Positions 1-13,930 of a stretch of DNA of 64,000 bases are shown here, in pieces; the first letter of the stretch is position 1, and each line of letters opens with the position of its first letter. The translations under genes and the position numbers were made by a program. The stretch comes from Octopus sinensis (taxonomy: Eukaryota), in contig NC_043003.1 in assembly GCF_006345805.1 (NCBI RefSeq), forward strand, positions 8,432,001 through 8,496,000, written 5' to 3'. The notes beneath the pieces were generated by a model that ran no database searches, was not told the origin of the DNA, and saw nothing but the letters and a program-made list of their open reading frames with translations.

Positions 1-308
1 TTAAATCAAAGTACTCTGCTTAGCTTACAATAAATATTCAAAACATAGAATTGGTTACATATAATAAATATTTTCAAGTACAAGAAGTATGAATTTCGGT
101 GGAATTAATTTCCACAGAATTTTGAATTTATATGTAAATGTTTACTATATTATATTTTCGTGTATGAGGATGGCAAAATAAGTGTTTTATTTCAATTAGA
201 AACGAATTTAATAAACATTATAAAAGCTACATCGAAAGGTTAATACAGTGTAAACGAATAAAACAGCATATACAGTGATTTAGATGGAAAGAGTAATGCA
301 ACCTTACT

Positions 309-348
<40 letters not shown>

Positions 349-515
349 TATATATATATCTGACACGACTCCACTAAAGTGGGCGCAAGCGTTAATATAT
401 GATGTGGCGTATTAATAAATATCTGTAAATATAAAACTATCCAGATTTCTGAGTACCAATTTCTTCTAATATATAATACCCCTACATCATCTCCAAACCT
501 TCTAAACATATATAT

Positions 516-556
<41 letters not shown>

Positions 557-558
<2 letters not shown>

Positions 559-830
559 TTCAGCAAAAATTTAGATTCACATGAATATCGTACTTAAGTT
601 AAAGGCACCAGAATTTGGTATGGTATTATCCATATAAATCAAATGAGGTGATTATAATCAAAATAAGCAACAAGGATATCCAAAGGTAGTGTAGTACAAT
701 CGTTTCATGCTACTTCATTCAATTAAACAATATAAGTATTACATCAGTTTTAAAAAGTAGAGCACTCTTCAGCCACATATGGAATTTTTAAAATCAAATT
801 GACAATGTTCATTTTTATACTTATTCCATT
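557..830 (-). mobile_element. Penelope-like terminal-repeat (pLTR) remnant next to (TA)n; homologous to 3748-3900
   Basis: Shares 'atcaaaataagcaacaaggatatcca.aggta...tac.atcgtttcatg' with 3748-3800 and contains a hammerhead motif; right boundary uncertain. Confidence 0.5.
690..777 (-). ncRNA. Type I hammerhead ribozyme-like motif
   Basis: Minus strand: ugugg-CUGAAGA-gugcu...agcau-GAAA-cgauug-UA-cuaca; stems I and II pair, minimal stem III. Confidence 0.6.
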
Positions 831-1417
831 TGCCAACATTACAAAGAGGGTAGGTATATAGACAGAGAGGTGAATTTCATCAGTAAAAACATGGTAGTAG
901 AAGATGTTTACTCATGGGCAGATTAGAAGCATTATTTAAATTTTGTAGGAATTATACTCATTCAACTACCATCCTGACACAGGTGTTAACTCTAAGAGTG
1001 TAATAGCTTAGCTTTTCTTGTCTTTAACTCGACTCCTATACATACATCTGAAGTAATGTGTTGCGCAGAGCATTGATACACCGGCTGTTCTCTCTAATAG
1101 CCATTTTTAAAAGATAGAGACTTAACATTAAATTACAAATGAAATAACAGGTTTATTGATTGTAGTTATTTATAATCAAATCTTCTCTATTATCAGTGTC
1201 TATGAAAACTGCTAGAAAATATGATAATTATACGACGAAAATGAAATATCGATTTCTACCTAGAAAGTTTTAACGTCTGCCGAATCCGTTAAAGAGCTTA
1301 TAGACATTTATAGAAACATAAAACCGGCATTTTGCTACTTTTTGTCTCCGTAATAATAATTCACAGGAACTTATCGCATACAATCACTCATATAATCAAT
1401 GTTATATACTGACATAC

Positions 1418-1497
<80 letters not shown>

Positions 1498-1884
1498 ATA
1501 TATATATATTATATATATATATATATTATATATATATATAATATACATATATACAACACATACATACATACAGGCGTGCTCATGTATATTTACATATGTA
1601 GAAAAAATATATTCCTGTGTGAATGTAGGAGCGTGAATGAATATTGCAAGAGAGTCTAAGTGGGTTTTAAATTTTATTCTTCTTCGCGTCTGGAAAGTCA
1701 GACATAATCGATAGCTTTAGGAGAGATGAGCTACATCAGACTGTCGTTCCCGTGGCACACCGCATCAATATAATATTAACAATCGTGACGTAACGTCTCA
1801 ACGGATTAAAGGACGTTGGCACAACTTTCATTGATCATCAACAACCACCGAGCACCAATATCTGCGACTTAAGATTCTTTCATT

Positions 1885-2124
1885 CTTTTATTCTGTTACT
1901 TGTTTCAGGCATTTGACTGCGGCCATGCTGGAGCACCGCCTTTAGTCGAAGATATTGACACCCAGGGATTATTTATTTGTAAGCCTAGTACTTATTCTAT
2001 AGGTTCCTTCTGTCGAACCGCTAGATTACGGGGACGTAAACGTACCAGGATCGGTTGTCAAGCGATGGTGGTGGAGACCAACACAGACACACAAATATAT
2101 ATTTGTACACACACACGCACGCAC

Positions 2125-2165
<41 letters not shown>

Positions 2166-2203
2166 TATATACACATACATTTATATAGGACGGGCTTCTT
2201 TCA
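1885..2203 (-). mobile_element. SINE family A (tRNA head, CORE-like), 5'-truncated
   Basis: Matches the 3' half of the 22617-23030 copy; internal microsatellite. Confidence 0.85.
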
Positions 2204-2207
2204 TATA

Positions 2208-2264
<57 letters not shown>

Positions 2265-2367
2265 ACAAAATACACAGATTTTCATTAGAAAATAACATGT
2301 CATTGTATACCGAAAATATCATAGGTATTCATACACATGTGAATTGATTGGCCAACAACTTCCACAG

Positions 2368-2475
2368 GTTTTGTGATTACGACCATCACTTAAAGACTAA
2401 ATGCTTTCAGGTTCGATCTCCCTTTCGGAAGTGTCTTTCACAGAAAGACGCGGATCGACCTCTATCTTCTGGCTG
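2368..2475 (+). CDS. Weak candidate internal exon (FCDYDHHLKTKCFQVRSPFRKCLSQKDADRPLSSG), unknown product
   Basis: ttccacag| acceptor, |gtatgt donor, 108 nt open frame in non-repeat sequence; no homology recognised. Confidence 0.2.
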
Positions 2476-2809
2476 GTATGTAGTTGTCGGAAACTGGGCA
2501 GAAGCCCGTCATACCTCCATATATGTGCATGGGTGCGTGTGTGTGTGCGTGCGAGTGTGTGTGTGTGTGTGTGTGTGCGTATGTATGTAAATGTTTCCTG
2601 TGCATCAAATTATATATAACTTAGATAACTTAAATATGTTTCGACGAAAGGAGGGTAGAGGCTATGTCTAACATAATAACACCACCTGAGAGGATTAGCT
2701 AAATCCTTCTAAAAGTCAAGTTTTGCTGCATAAAAACCAATTAATATTTAAGAGAAAAATTACTCAATACTTTCTAGTGGGGCACAGGTTGATCGAAATT
2801 CTGCAAGAG

Positions 2810-2832
2810 CAAGAGTGAATATATATATACAT

Positions 2833-2922
<90 letters not shown>

Positions 2923-3024
2923 ATATATATATATATTATATATATATATGTATATATACATATATATATGTACATATATAAACACACAGACACACAAATA
3001 TATATATATATAGAGATAGACATA

Positions 3025-3105
<81 letters not shown>

Positions 3106-3172
3106 TATGCATATATATGTATATCTAAACAGCCGTTCGTATCTATAGGTCCATAGATAGATAGATAGATAG

Positions 3173-3256
<84 letters not shown>
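2810..3256. repeat. Compound (CA)n/(TA)n/(GATA)n microsatellite
   Basis: Directly visible. Confidence 0.95.
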
Positions 3257-3670
3257 ATTTCACGTACTGACAGGCATAGATATTTCTCTGCGTCTGTCTC
3301 TATTGACAGATCGGTTAAGATATGTATAAACACACGATCTTGTTTCCGCTTTGTTTTGTCATTGGGAATATTTTGAATTGCAAATACGCTTCCCACACAC
3401 CATCGCTAATATTTCATCCAAGACTTATCTCTGTGTATTATAATTCCTATTCATAACAAATTTACAATTCAGTTTATTAGACAACACACATCAGCTTTAT
3501 CTACTAAGTCTCTTATCATTCAAGTGAACAACATAATTTAGTGTCTTAATCTTGTAGGCTCTATTTTGTCTTCCTAATTGATTGACAACAGATCATATCA
3601 TATCACATCATGTCATATCATATCACATCCTAACATATCATGTCACGTGAATATATATAAATATATATGC

Positions 3671-3701
<31 letters not shown>

Positions 3702-3747
3702 TGTATGTATATACCATCATATATATATGTATAATATATATATATAT

Positions 3748-3900
3748 ATCAAAATAAGCAACAAGGATATCCAGAGGTAATGCTGTACGATCGTTTCATG
3801 TAACTCCATTTAATTGAACAGTACAATCATTACCTCGATTTAAAATGCAGAGCAGACTTCAGGTGCACAAAGACAGAATTTAATTAAATTAGAACAGATG
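3748..3900 (-). mobile_element. Penelope-like pLTR remnant with decayed hammerhead (CUGAAGU...GAAA-cgaucg-UA)
   Basis: Homology to 657-800; flanked by (TA)n. Confidence 0.5.
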
Positions 3901-3929
3901 AACACATTAGTATGATTATACCTAAAGGA

Positions 3930-3992
<63 letters not shown>

Positions 3993-4004
3993 TGTGTGTG
4001 TGTA

Positions 4005-4200
4005 AAGTGATGGCTTGTTGCCAACTTAATATGGCAGTCCCAGGAAAGGGTAGAATGCTACTGTGGTTTTTTAGCCCCAAGCAATACGGTTTCTAGTTGG
4101 CTACGCGACACAAGCGTTCTGTGTCCTTACGTTTTCAAACAAGGGAGATAAGCACCTCCACCCAACAAAGCCAGCAGTCAGAGACTACTTTCACCTGTCT
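4005..4200 (-). mobile_element. pLTR-like repeat, same family as 5768-6120 and 30660-31063
   Basis: Shared 'caacttaat.tg.cagtccc...tttagccc...tgtgtcctta...ggaga.aagcacctccaccc...agagacta.tttc'. Confidence 0.55.
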
Positions 4201-4237
4201 GTAGTAGCTTCGCCTGTGAATATATATATATATTATA

Positions 4238-4286
<49 letters not shown>

Positions 4287-5451
4287 TCAACATTTTCCCA
4301 CTTCTCTATCATTTTCTGATAATTACTTCACTTGTTGTGAGTGAAAAGTGGAGAGTGACATAACTCTGAACTGAAAGACGAAAAAAATTTGTTTTACCCC
4401 GTTTAACATATTTAGACTTAAATTCAAATCATTTTGAATTATCTATGTTACAATCATCTTCTTTTCTCTCACTCTGCTCAACATTACACTCAGATATTTT
4501 ATGCCAAATTTTCTTCAATACACTTCATATGATTACATATATTTAGTCAACGTATTTTACATTTAAAATTAATAAACCCTTTCTCTCCGTCACTCTGTCT
4601 TCTTTTCTTCCTTTCTTCCTTTCTCTCTCTCTCTTTCTTTCTTCATCTCCATCTCTTTCCCTCTGCCCCTCTCTCTACCTCGCTCCCTCTCAATCTCTCT
4701 TTATATCTGTGTATACGCATGTGTGTGTATGCGTGTGTGTACATATACATATGTATGTACTTATCCAGTATCATGCACACTTGAGGGCATTACCTTAATT
4801 AGGGATCCACTAACCAATAACATCCTAGATGGTTTTCCCTAATTGACTTTTTAATCAAACATATATATACTTAACAAGTATATATATAATCGAGAACGAT
4901 TAATTTAATTACGTCCAAATTAAAATCTTGTTATTTCTTTGTATTTATCCAAATAAAACTATTCTCTAATGATATTCTATAATTACAAGAACTTACAACA
5001 GTTCTCTCGGTCAATTACATTGATAAAAAAACAAAAACAATCATATACTTGATAAAAATAACAATTTATTAAATTACTTCGTATTTGCTCTTAATGAAAA
5101 CTTGTACATATAAAACCTATAATTATTCAATTTCGTACACACTTAAATATATACATCAATTCTGTGTTCATTTACTTCCTGTGTCTGAGCGGTATTTTTC
5201 TTCATTGATGTTAATAGCTAACAATTTCTTAATTTGGATAAGAAAGATTACATGAATCACATTCAACACTCACGTTTTTAATTGCTCTTTTGTTTTTCTC
5301 TCTTTTGATTTTCTCGTTTTTTGTAAACGATACACAGAAGTGAGCGGGGAACGTTAGTTGTTAATAAAATAGCATCAATGTGAGTGATGGGTAAAGGAGG
5401 GAACTTGACCCCTGGCATTAAACAGCACACACAGTATAATCTTCGTCAGGG

Positions 5452-5616
5452 AAGTGGTTCCCAGCCCGTGGTCCGCGGAACCCTGGTGGTCCGCAATGGA
5501 GGTACTGGTGGCCCCTGAATATGTTAAGCTGACAGACCTTTCATTATCCTGGTGTCCGTAGGAAAACTCATTTAAATAAAAGGGATCCTTGGTGGTGAAA
5601 TGGTTGGGAACCACCG
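5452..5616. mobile_element. hAT/Charlie (MER5-like) MITE
   Basis: TIRs agtggttcccagcc / ggttgggaaccaccg; subterminal ggtccgcgga..ccctgg.ggtccgc. Confidence 0.6.
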
Positions 5617-5767
5617 AATTAGAGGAACGCATGGTGTCATGGGTTTTAATACGAAAAGTATTTATACCTATGTTCATTGTATGGATGATTATATAAATAC
5701 AAACACACACACACCACACGCATAGCTTACAAACACACAGCACATACAAACATATATATATATATAT

Positions 5768-6120
5768 AGTAATGTTTATATGCCAACAGAATTGTGGCAG
5801 TCCTATGAAGGACGATGTTACTATTGTTTTAGCCCTAGGAAAACATCTTTTCCAGCAGGTTACGACAAACAGTTTATGTCCTTATAGCATTTCCAAGGGA
5901 GGTCATCGTTCCCATCCCTAGATTTACGTGAAACTCACAGACCTAGGTTTCTGGAAGTTATCCGTCCGCAGTGTGAGACAAACATAAGCTGATCTCGTAT
6001 AGAGATAAAAAATTTGCTTTAAATCTCTCAGCGAGAGATATACAGTAAAAGTACCGGATAGTAATGCTTATATGCCAACAGAATGTGGCAGTCCCGTGAA
6101 GGACGATGTTACTGTTGCTT
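5768..6120 (-). mobile_element. Tandem pLTR-like element with ~60 bp direct repeats (5768-5830, 6060-6120)
   Basis: Direct repeats visible; hammerhead between them; (TA)n at left. Confidence 0.6.
5934..5977 (-). ncRNA. Minimal type I hammerhead ribozyme, A6C core variant
   Basis: cucaca-CUGCGGA-cgga.uaacu.ucca-GAAA-ccuagg-UC-ugugag: perfect 6-bp stem I, palindromic stem III. Confidence 0.65.
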
Positions 6121-6466
6121 ATATCTATCACATATAAACTAATTAGTTGTGAATTTTTAAGTGTTAATTCCGTAATTCAAACACTTTAGATTTGAATTCA
6201 AATCCCGTCATTGTCAATTTTGCCTTTCATCCTTTCAGGGTCACCAATGTACAATAACAGTCAAGTCCTGAGGTTGGATTGACTTACTTCCTTCCTTCAA
6301 AATTACTGGCCTTGTGTGAAAATTTGTAAACATGAATGACGTAATTATATGAATAATGATATTTTCATTCTCGCCACTGAAACAGCTGCAGAGCAGATTT
6401 AAATGATGAATCATCAGTGAAAAATTTGACGCTCGCTTTTTACTATTTTCTATCTTCTGTCTCTCA

Positions 6467-6517
<51 letters not shown>

Positions 6518-6604
6518 ATACACACCCTCTCTTACATTGTATATATATATATATATGTGTGTGTATGTATATCTATGTATGTATATGTGTATTTGTATGT
6601 GTGG

Positions 6605-6810
6605 TTGTGTGTCTGTGTTTGTCCCCCCACCATCGCTTGACACCTGATTTTGGTGTGTTTACGTCCCCGTAACTTAGCGGTTCGGTAAAAAAAGGCCGAT
6701 AGGATAAGTACTAAGCTTACAAAGAAAAAGTCCTGGGGGTCAATTTGCTCGACTAAAGGCGGTGCTCTAGCATGGCCGCAGTCAAGTAAAAGCAAGTAAA
6801 AGAATAAAAA
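6605..6810 (+). mobile_element. SINE family A, 3' part
   Basis: Matches the family A 3' half. Confidence 0.8.
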
Positions 6811-6835
6811 GAAGAAAAGAATATACATATTTAAA

Positions 6836-6886
<51 letters not shown>

Positions 6887-7934
6887 TATAGATATATATA
6901 AGCACAGAGAAAGAGAGATGGGAGAAGCGAGAGTATGCGTGTCTTTAGGTATTTCATTTTAGGCCTCATATTCACATCAAATATGCGGCGGCAACTGTAG
7001 TTGTGAACACAGGGTATAAGTGAGTTCATTTATAGGTGTTAACACTTTGACCACGTATTTACCTTTCAATCTCAGACACAATTATATACCTACACACTAA
7101 TATTTACTTACCAGGTGAAAGTATATATGTATGTGTATCAATAATTCTAACGAATACAATCGTTAATACCACCACAATTCTAGTCAAACAGAAACGACAT
7201 CGATTTCTCGGTAGATTTATTCCAGTCGCATCGCTAATATTTTTAGAAAAGACAAAATAGACAAACAGCCCCAAATTCCTTCTTTCTCTTGGAATCAATA
7301 AAGATAATTCCGCATTGACAGATACCAAGTGTTAGGAAAAGTCAGACAATTTTCGATTTTATTCATCTAATACATATATATTGATTCATGATTTTTTCTG
7401 CCGAGCTATCAATAAAGTTTTATTTTCCAAAAGTGTACTGCGTCACTCTGTCAAACTCTTCTACGTTCACCATTCTTTTAATTAATTCACTCGCGTTATG
7501 GTTTTGAATAAGAGAAGCGTTTTGGTTTCAACTACGTTCATCGGTTGAAAGTAGGTCTTTTAGTCATAAGTCCTGTCATCCAGCGTCATCCCGGATTTGA
7601 TATTACAGACCAATGTTCATGTTGCAGAAAGCTTTAAAGCCTAATTGATATTCTATATAATTGGTGGTCTCCTTCCATGATCTCGTTTCCTCCCCTGAAA
7701 GCAGTCTGAGTATATTACCCTCATCTGTTTAAACATAAGGAAAGCATTTAGAATAACAGAAAAGAAAACATAAATCTCTGGCATATCTTGTATCACCAGG
7801 CATTGTTTGAAAGGAACACAATTGAGGGTATGGTCCTTTAAATTTATATGAATTTATCGATTTGAGTTATGAAGTGGGAAATAAGTTCGCTACCAAAACA
7901 GACGGAATTAGTTGATTTCTTAAGTTAAAACATA

Positions 7935-8343
7935 TTTCTTTACTACCCACAAGGGGCTAAACATAGAGGAGACAAACAAGGACAGACAAAGGGATTAAGT
8001 CGATTATATTAATCCCAGTGCGTAACTGGTGCTTATTAAATCCACCCCGAAAGGATGAAAGGCAAAGTCGATCTCGGCGGAATTTGAACTCAGAACATAA
8101 CGGCAGACGAAATACCTATTTCTTTACTACACACAGGGGGATAAACACAGAGGGGACAAACAAAGACAGACAAACGGATTAAGTCCATTACATCGACCCC
8201 AGTGCGTAACTGGTACTTAATTTCTCGACCCCGAAAGGATGAAAAGAAAAGTCGACCTCGGCGGAATTTGAACTCAGAAGGTAGCGGCAGACAAAATACC
8301 GCTAAGCATTTCGCCTGACGCGCTAACGTTTCTGCCAGCTCGC
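7935..8343 (-). mobile_element. SINE family B (tRNA head, Meta/MESC-like core), tandem dimer
   Basis: A box tggcagaaacgtt, B box gagttcaaatt, core gcctttcatcctttcggggtcgataaattaagtaccag, duplicated body. Confidence 0.85.
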
Positions 8344-9020
8344 TCCAAAACTGAAATGTTCCAATGAAAGCGAGTGATCTCACCAGGGCACTAACTTATA
8401 CCCAAGAAACGTATCGGGCAAAAATATTCAGGGAAATAAAAGAGGAGAATATCAATGTTTTTAATTTCGTGTTTAGCTGTCTCATAGTTGGTACATCAAG
8501 CAAATTTACTCAGATGTAATCCGAATAGAACTGATGCAAAAATTAGCATTTAGCTGACTTTTTATGAGTGTACATATCTAGATAAGAGTGATAGTGGGAG
8601 TTTAAATTTGCAACTCTGAGCAGTATGAAAGGAGTGAGATAGTTCGGGATAAATTTGTTTATTGAAGTCGAAAACGACGAACTATTTATTTAACTAACAG
8701 TAAAATTAAATATGTCTTCAATGCGTCAGAAGATACACTGGAACAGCTGTTGTTGGTTGAACATTGAAATGTGATACAAACAAATTACAAATGAACAGAC
8801 TCTTCCAGATAGAGTACCTTAGCTCCAAACGTCGGAACAAGAGAAATTAGTGCCTGGAAACGTTACCATAAGTGGTAGATGTCAAACAGTGTGACATAAA
8901 AAAACACTTGCAGGTTTATAGTGTAAGGGGTCAGATTAGTGAAAGACAAGTATGATATAGATAGGTGAGGTTGGGACGACGTTCATAGAGGTTGATGTAG
9001 AATAGAAACTACGGAAGACT

Positions 9021-9617
9021 AAGGCAGCGACCTGGCAGAAACGTTAGCACGCCGGGCGCAATAGCGGTATTTTGTCTGTCGCTACGTTCTGAGTTTAAAT
9101 TCCACCGAGGTCGACTTTGCCTTTCATTCTTTCGGGGTCGATAAATTAAGTACCAGTTACGTACTGGGGTCGATGTAATCGACTTAATCCGTTTGTCTGT
9201 CCTTGTTTGTCCCCTCTATGTTTAGCCCCTTGTGAGTAGTAAAGAAATAGAAATAGGTATTTCGTCTGCCGCTACGTTTGATTTTAAATTCCACCGAGGT
9301 CGACTTTTCCTTTCATCCTTTCGGGGTCGATTAAATAAGTACCAGTTACGCACTGGGGTCGATATAATCGACTTAATCCGTTTGTCCTTGTTTGTCCTCT
9401 CTGTGTTTCGCCCCTTGTGGGTAGTAAAAAATAGGTATCCTGTCTGCCGCTACATTCTAAGTTCAAATTCCGCCGAGGTCGACTTTGCCTTTCATCCTTT
9501 CGGGGTTGATAAATTAAGTACCAGCTACGCACTGAGGTCGATGTAATCGGCTTAATCCGTCTGTCTGTCCTTGTTTGTCCCCTCTATGTTTAGCCCCTTG
9601 TGGGCAATAAATTAATG
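9021..9617 (+). mobile_element. SINE family B tandem trimer with 16-bp TSD
   Basis: Three ~180-bp bodies; TSD agaaactacggaagac at 9004-9019 and 9618-9633. Confidence 0.9.
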
Positions 9618-10269
9618 AGAAACTACGGAAGACAATATAAGAACATAAGCAAATAGACTCTCTTATATAAAAGTTATATAGGTGACAACAAACAGCTAAA
9701 TTAGAGGTAAATGTCAGAAGGACTTATATATTTTTTACGAGAAAGTGGAAGAGACAATGCTAACACGTTAATTGCCCGAGTATTTGGTAACATCGGTCAA
9801 TATACTAAATTATACAGTAGTAGACGTGTGCAATATACAAAGTAAAAGATTAAAATTGTCTTCGACGCCACCTGCATGGCGATTAGTTATGTGTGTGAAA
9901 ACGGATTTAATCAGTCAAATATTAAACAACTAGAATTTATCCTCGTATGCCAAACACGTCCGACGTCTACCATACTTCAGGATAAAAAAAAATCCTGCAA
10001 GACTTTAATCAGAGAAAATAATTTTGGCTTTCAGAACATGTATGTAAATTTACTTTAGCTATTTAATATTGTAATTATTTAATATAGTACTTATTTAATA
10101 TGCTTGCACATACATAACTGTTGACTAATCATCATGCGGACGGCGTCAAGAGACAAATTCAATGTCACATTTTTTCCTTCTTTAACTTAATTGTAAATCA
10201 AGGAGAGTTTTGATTTAAACCCTTGGTCAGCTCTAAATCAGACTTGTGACCACATTCATGCCAGTCGTG

Positions 10270-10498
10270 TTTCTGTATTACCCACAAGGGGCTAAACACA
10301 AAGGATCAAACAAGGACAGACAAACGGATTAAGTCGATTACATCGACCCCAGTGCGTAACTGGTACTTATTTAATCGACCCCGAAAGGATGAAAGGCAAA
10401 GTCGACCTCGGCGGAATTTGAACTCAGAACGGTACGGCAGACGAAATACGGCTAAGCATTTCGCCCGGTGTGCTAACGATTCTGCCAGCTCGCCGCCT
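10270..10498 (-). mobile_element. SINE family B monomer
   Basis: Full match; flanking duplication catgccagtc(g/a)tg. Confidence 0.9.
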
Positions 10499-10649
10499 TT
10501 CCATGCCAGTCATGACCATCGCATCTGTGTCAGGCATTTGTATCATTTGTATCCTTTCTGTTTCTAAGTAGTAAGGTCTGATTGTAGATAGAGTTTGCTG
10601 TTATAGCTAGTATATTAAGCGAACACACAAGATTCCGAGGTAATTCCAT

Positions 10650-11537
10650 GTTAGAAAAGTGAGGGAGGATACAAACACTCCTGCAAACCCTAGTGGAACA
10701 AATCCCATCATAACTGTTGAGGAACTAGCAGAGAAACTTGGATTGGGTCATTCAACCATTCATCGACGCCTGTGTGGCATCGGAAAAGTCAGAAAATTGG
10801 GTCAGTGGGTTCCTCACAAATCCTCCGAGTCTAATCGCGTGCAGAGAGTGAATGTGTGCTCTTTTTTGCTGTCACGTCTCACGAATGAACCATTTTTGGA
10901 CCGAATCACTATTCGGTAACTGGTGACGAGAAATCGGTTCTCTATAAACGTATCAAGTGCCGAAAAGAGTGTGTAGAGAAAGGAGAAACACCGGCGCACC
11001 AGACTAAAGAAGGCATTCACTTACGTAATGTGTTGCTGTCTGTTTGGTGGGATATGAAAGGTTTAGTTCACTTTGACCTAATAAACCCAAACCAAATGAT
11101 AACAAAGGAGATCTACTGCGAGCAGCTTGAGCGGCTTAAATCAGAGCCTGAAGGAAAACGGTTTTTTGGTTTTAAGACGAAAGGATATTCCGTTTGGATA
11201 ATGCTCGGCCACATGCACCGAGGATGACATTCCAAAGGCTGGAGCAGTTTGAACGGGAAACGATGCCCCACCTACCATCTTCGCCGGAAATTGTCCCATC
11301 TGATTATCATTTATCCAGAGTCTTCAAAATCATTTGGAAGGGAAAAAGTATGAATTCTGTAGAGGTGTAAACAGTAGTGGAGGAGTAACTTTCGTCACGG
11401 ACATGAGAATTTTGGAAAACGGAATTTGCAAGTCACCAGATGGACGGAAGGGCATTATAGAAAATGGAGAGTATAGTTTATATTTAAAAATAAAAGAAAT
11501 ATTTTTTTAAAGCATTATTTATGCGCTGGCCCAATAT
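10650..11537 (+). pseudogene. Mariner transposase remnant, frameshifted and 5'-truncated
   Basis: HTH EELAEKLG..HSTIHRRL, WVPH, VTGDEK, LLSVWWD.KG, DNARPH, PSSPEIVPSDYHL (YSPDLAPSDY-like); probable 3' TIR ending at TA. Confidence 0.9.
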
Positions 11538-11544
11538 ATAACTG

Positions 11545-11850
11545 GGGACCTTGGTGCAACTGAAGGAGAACATCAATGGAGAGATCTCTGAAGTGATCTT
11601 TGAAACTCTTGAGGGCGTTATAGTGCAAGGTTTGGAAAGAGCACGGGTCGGTGAAACCAAAAATGGCTGCGATATCATTTTAATCGATGTCATTTTCATA
11701 TGTGATGTAATGGCGTTGCAAAATTTCACTTGTGCATAGTAATTTCCATTATGTTCTTTTATATCGTATCAAAATTTCATATATTTATTTGTAAAGTTAA
11801 GGAAATTATTAAAAATTGAAACCCATCAATAACTTTTGGGACACCCTGTA
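11545..11850 (+). mobile_element. Tc1/mariner-superfamily 3' fragment
   Basis: Degenerate C-terminal LKENI..EI..; terminal 'aacttttgggacaccctg' + TA. Confidence 0.55.
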
Positions 11851-12454
11851 TTAGAAACCGCTACTGTTTCTACAAAACCTGCTGTTCATCTCTCGTTTCC
11901 GAATTCCCCACAAACTCTCACTTCCATTGACATGACTCACATCAAAAGGCAACACGGTGAGTGTAAAACAATAAACCGATGAAATTCTCGCTTAAAAGGT
12001 TCATATTTTGTTAATACACTATCATGTAAACTTAACACCTGGTTAAACATTTGTGCGAGAATTAAAAAAAAAACTGCAAGGGATCAATCTGTAATTCACT
12101 TCTTCGTCATGAATAAAAGATCAATAAAATCATAGGTTGCTACAATTGACAATATTTACACCCTTAAAAATACCGTTATAGTCATATTTCAAACGAAATC
12201 AATAATGAGATATAATGCTTATAAAAGATAATACATTATTTCCATAATCAGCATATCATTTAGGTTTTATGATTATTCACATGAATATCTGAACTGTGTT
12301 TGCGTTTGTTTATTTCTCCGTTTTATGTAAATTTACCTAATGTAAATCAATAAATAATGAAAACATGAAAGGTGAAGATGAGGCGGTGGCGATGTTAAAA
12401 TAAATATTTCTACGTATATTCGTGTTAATTGATCAACTGTTAAGTAATTCTCTC

Positions 12455-12986
12455 TCTATATGTATATATGTGTGTGTGTGTGGTGTGTGTGTGTGCGTAT
12501 GTGTGTGTGTGTGCGTATGTGTGTGTGTCTCTGTGTGTCTGTGTATGTGTGTATACATACACACACATATATATATATATGTATATGTGTATGTATATAC
12601 GTATATATATATATATGTGTGTGTGTGTGTATGTATACATATATATAAGTATGTATATACGTATATGTAGATATGTATATGTATATACGTATATGTAGAT
12701 ACGTATATATATATGTGTGTGTGTGTATGTATACATATATATAAGTATGTATATACGTATATGTAGATATGTATATGTATATACGTATATGTAGATACGT
12801 ATATATATATGTGTGTCTGTGTACATATATGTATGTTTATACGTATATGTACATACGTATATATATGTGGGTGTGTATATATATATATATATGTATATAT
12901 GTATATGTACATATATAAGTATATAAGTGTGTGTATGTATATATATATATATATATCTGTGTGTGTGTCTATTAATGTATATATAA

Positions 12987-13044
<58 letters not shown>

Positions 13045-13132
13045 AATGTATATATATATATATATAAATGTATATATAAACGTATATATGTGTGTGTGTG
13101 TGTGTTTATATATATATGTATATATATATATA
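12455..13132. repeat. Compound (TG)/(TA) microsatellite with a ~95-bp higher-order duplication (12618-12810)
   Basis: Directly visible. Confidence 0.9.
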
Positions 13133-13343
13133 TTGATTGGAAATAAATAGCGACACTTCGATTTATGATGTGAAAATAAATATGTACCCTGATTATTGAT
13201 CTATTATGACTAATTATCGCACTATATTATGCAAACATACACTATTAACATATTAACCACACACAAAGAAACAGCATCAACAAACACATGTGCGTATCTA
13301 TATGTGTGTATGTATGTGTGTGTGTCTACAGGACTTTTGTTGT

Positions 13344-13375
<32 letters not shown>

Positions 13376-13930
13376 CACACATTATGTAGGTTCAGAAAAC
13401 AAAATGGAGGCGCTTAAAAGGAAGTAAGTTTAGAGGCATAGAAATAAGATATCTATTGACAATAACCAGTCTTTAGCTGACAACACGTTTCTGCCAAACA
13501 AACACGAAAAGAATGATTTGAAAGTAGTGTGTTGTAACATGCTTGCTTATAGGCTTTGTGGAACTATTGTAAACACCATAGTCGATGCAGTACGGCAAAA
13601 TACGAAAAGAACTAATAGACCTTTCGAAGGCTTCATACACAGAAAAAAAAAGTGTTTCTTAGATACCTTAAACTAGAGTGGTCATCAATGAAGCTATTTA
13701 TGTGTATGTGGTTAAAGTGCATATTGAAATATTGATCAATACGTGGAGAAGTATTCTGTAAAGTCATGTAATAAAAGTTTAGAGATTCTAAAATACAAAG
13801 ACATTGGCAAACTTCTTTAATACTTGCAACTATTTCGTGTTGTAAAGAAACAGTATTTCACCGCTTAATCGTATTTCACAAACAGTTCAGTCAAAACCTT
13901 TATGACAGTCTGTGGTGTGTTTTAAATATA

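Noticed and set aside
7400-9003. Possible old mariner (7.4-7.8 kb) and L2-like (8.7-9.0 kb) fragments
   Set aside because: Too degraded to define boundaries or motifs by eye
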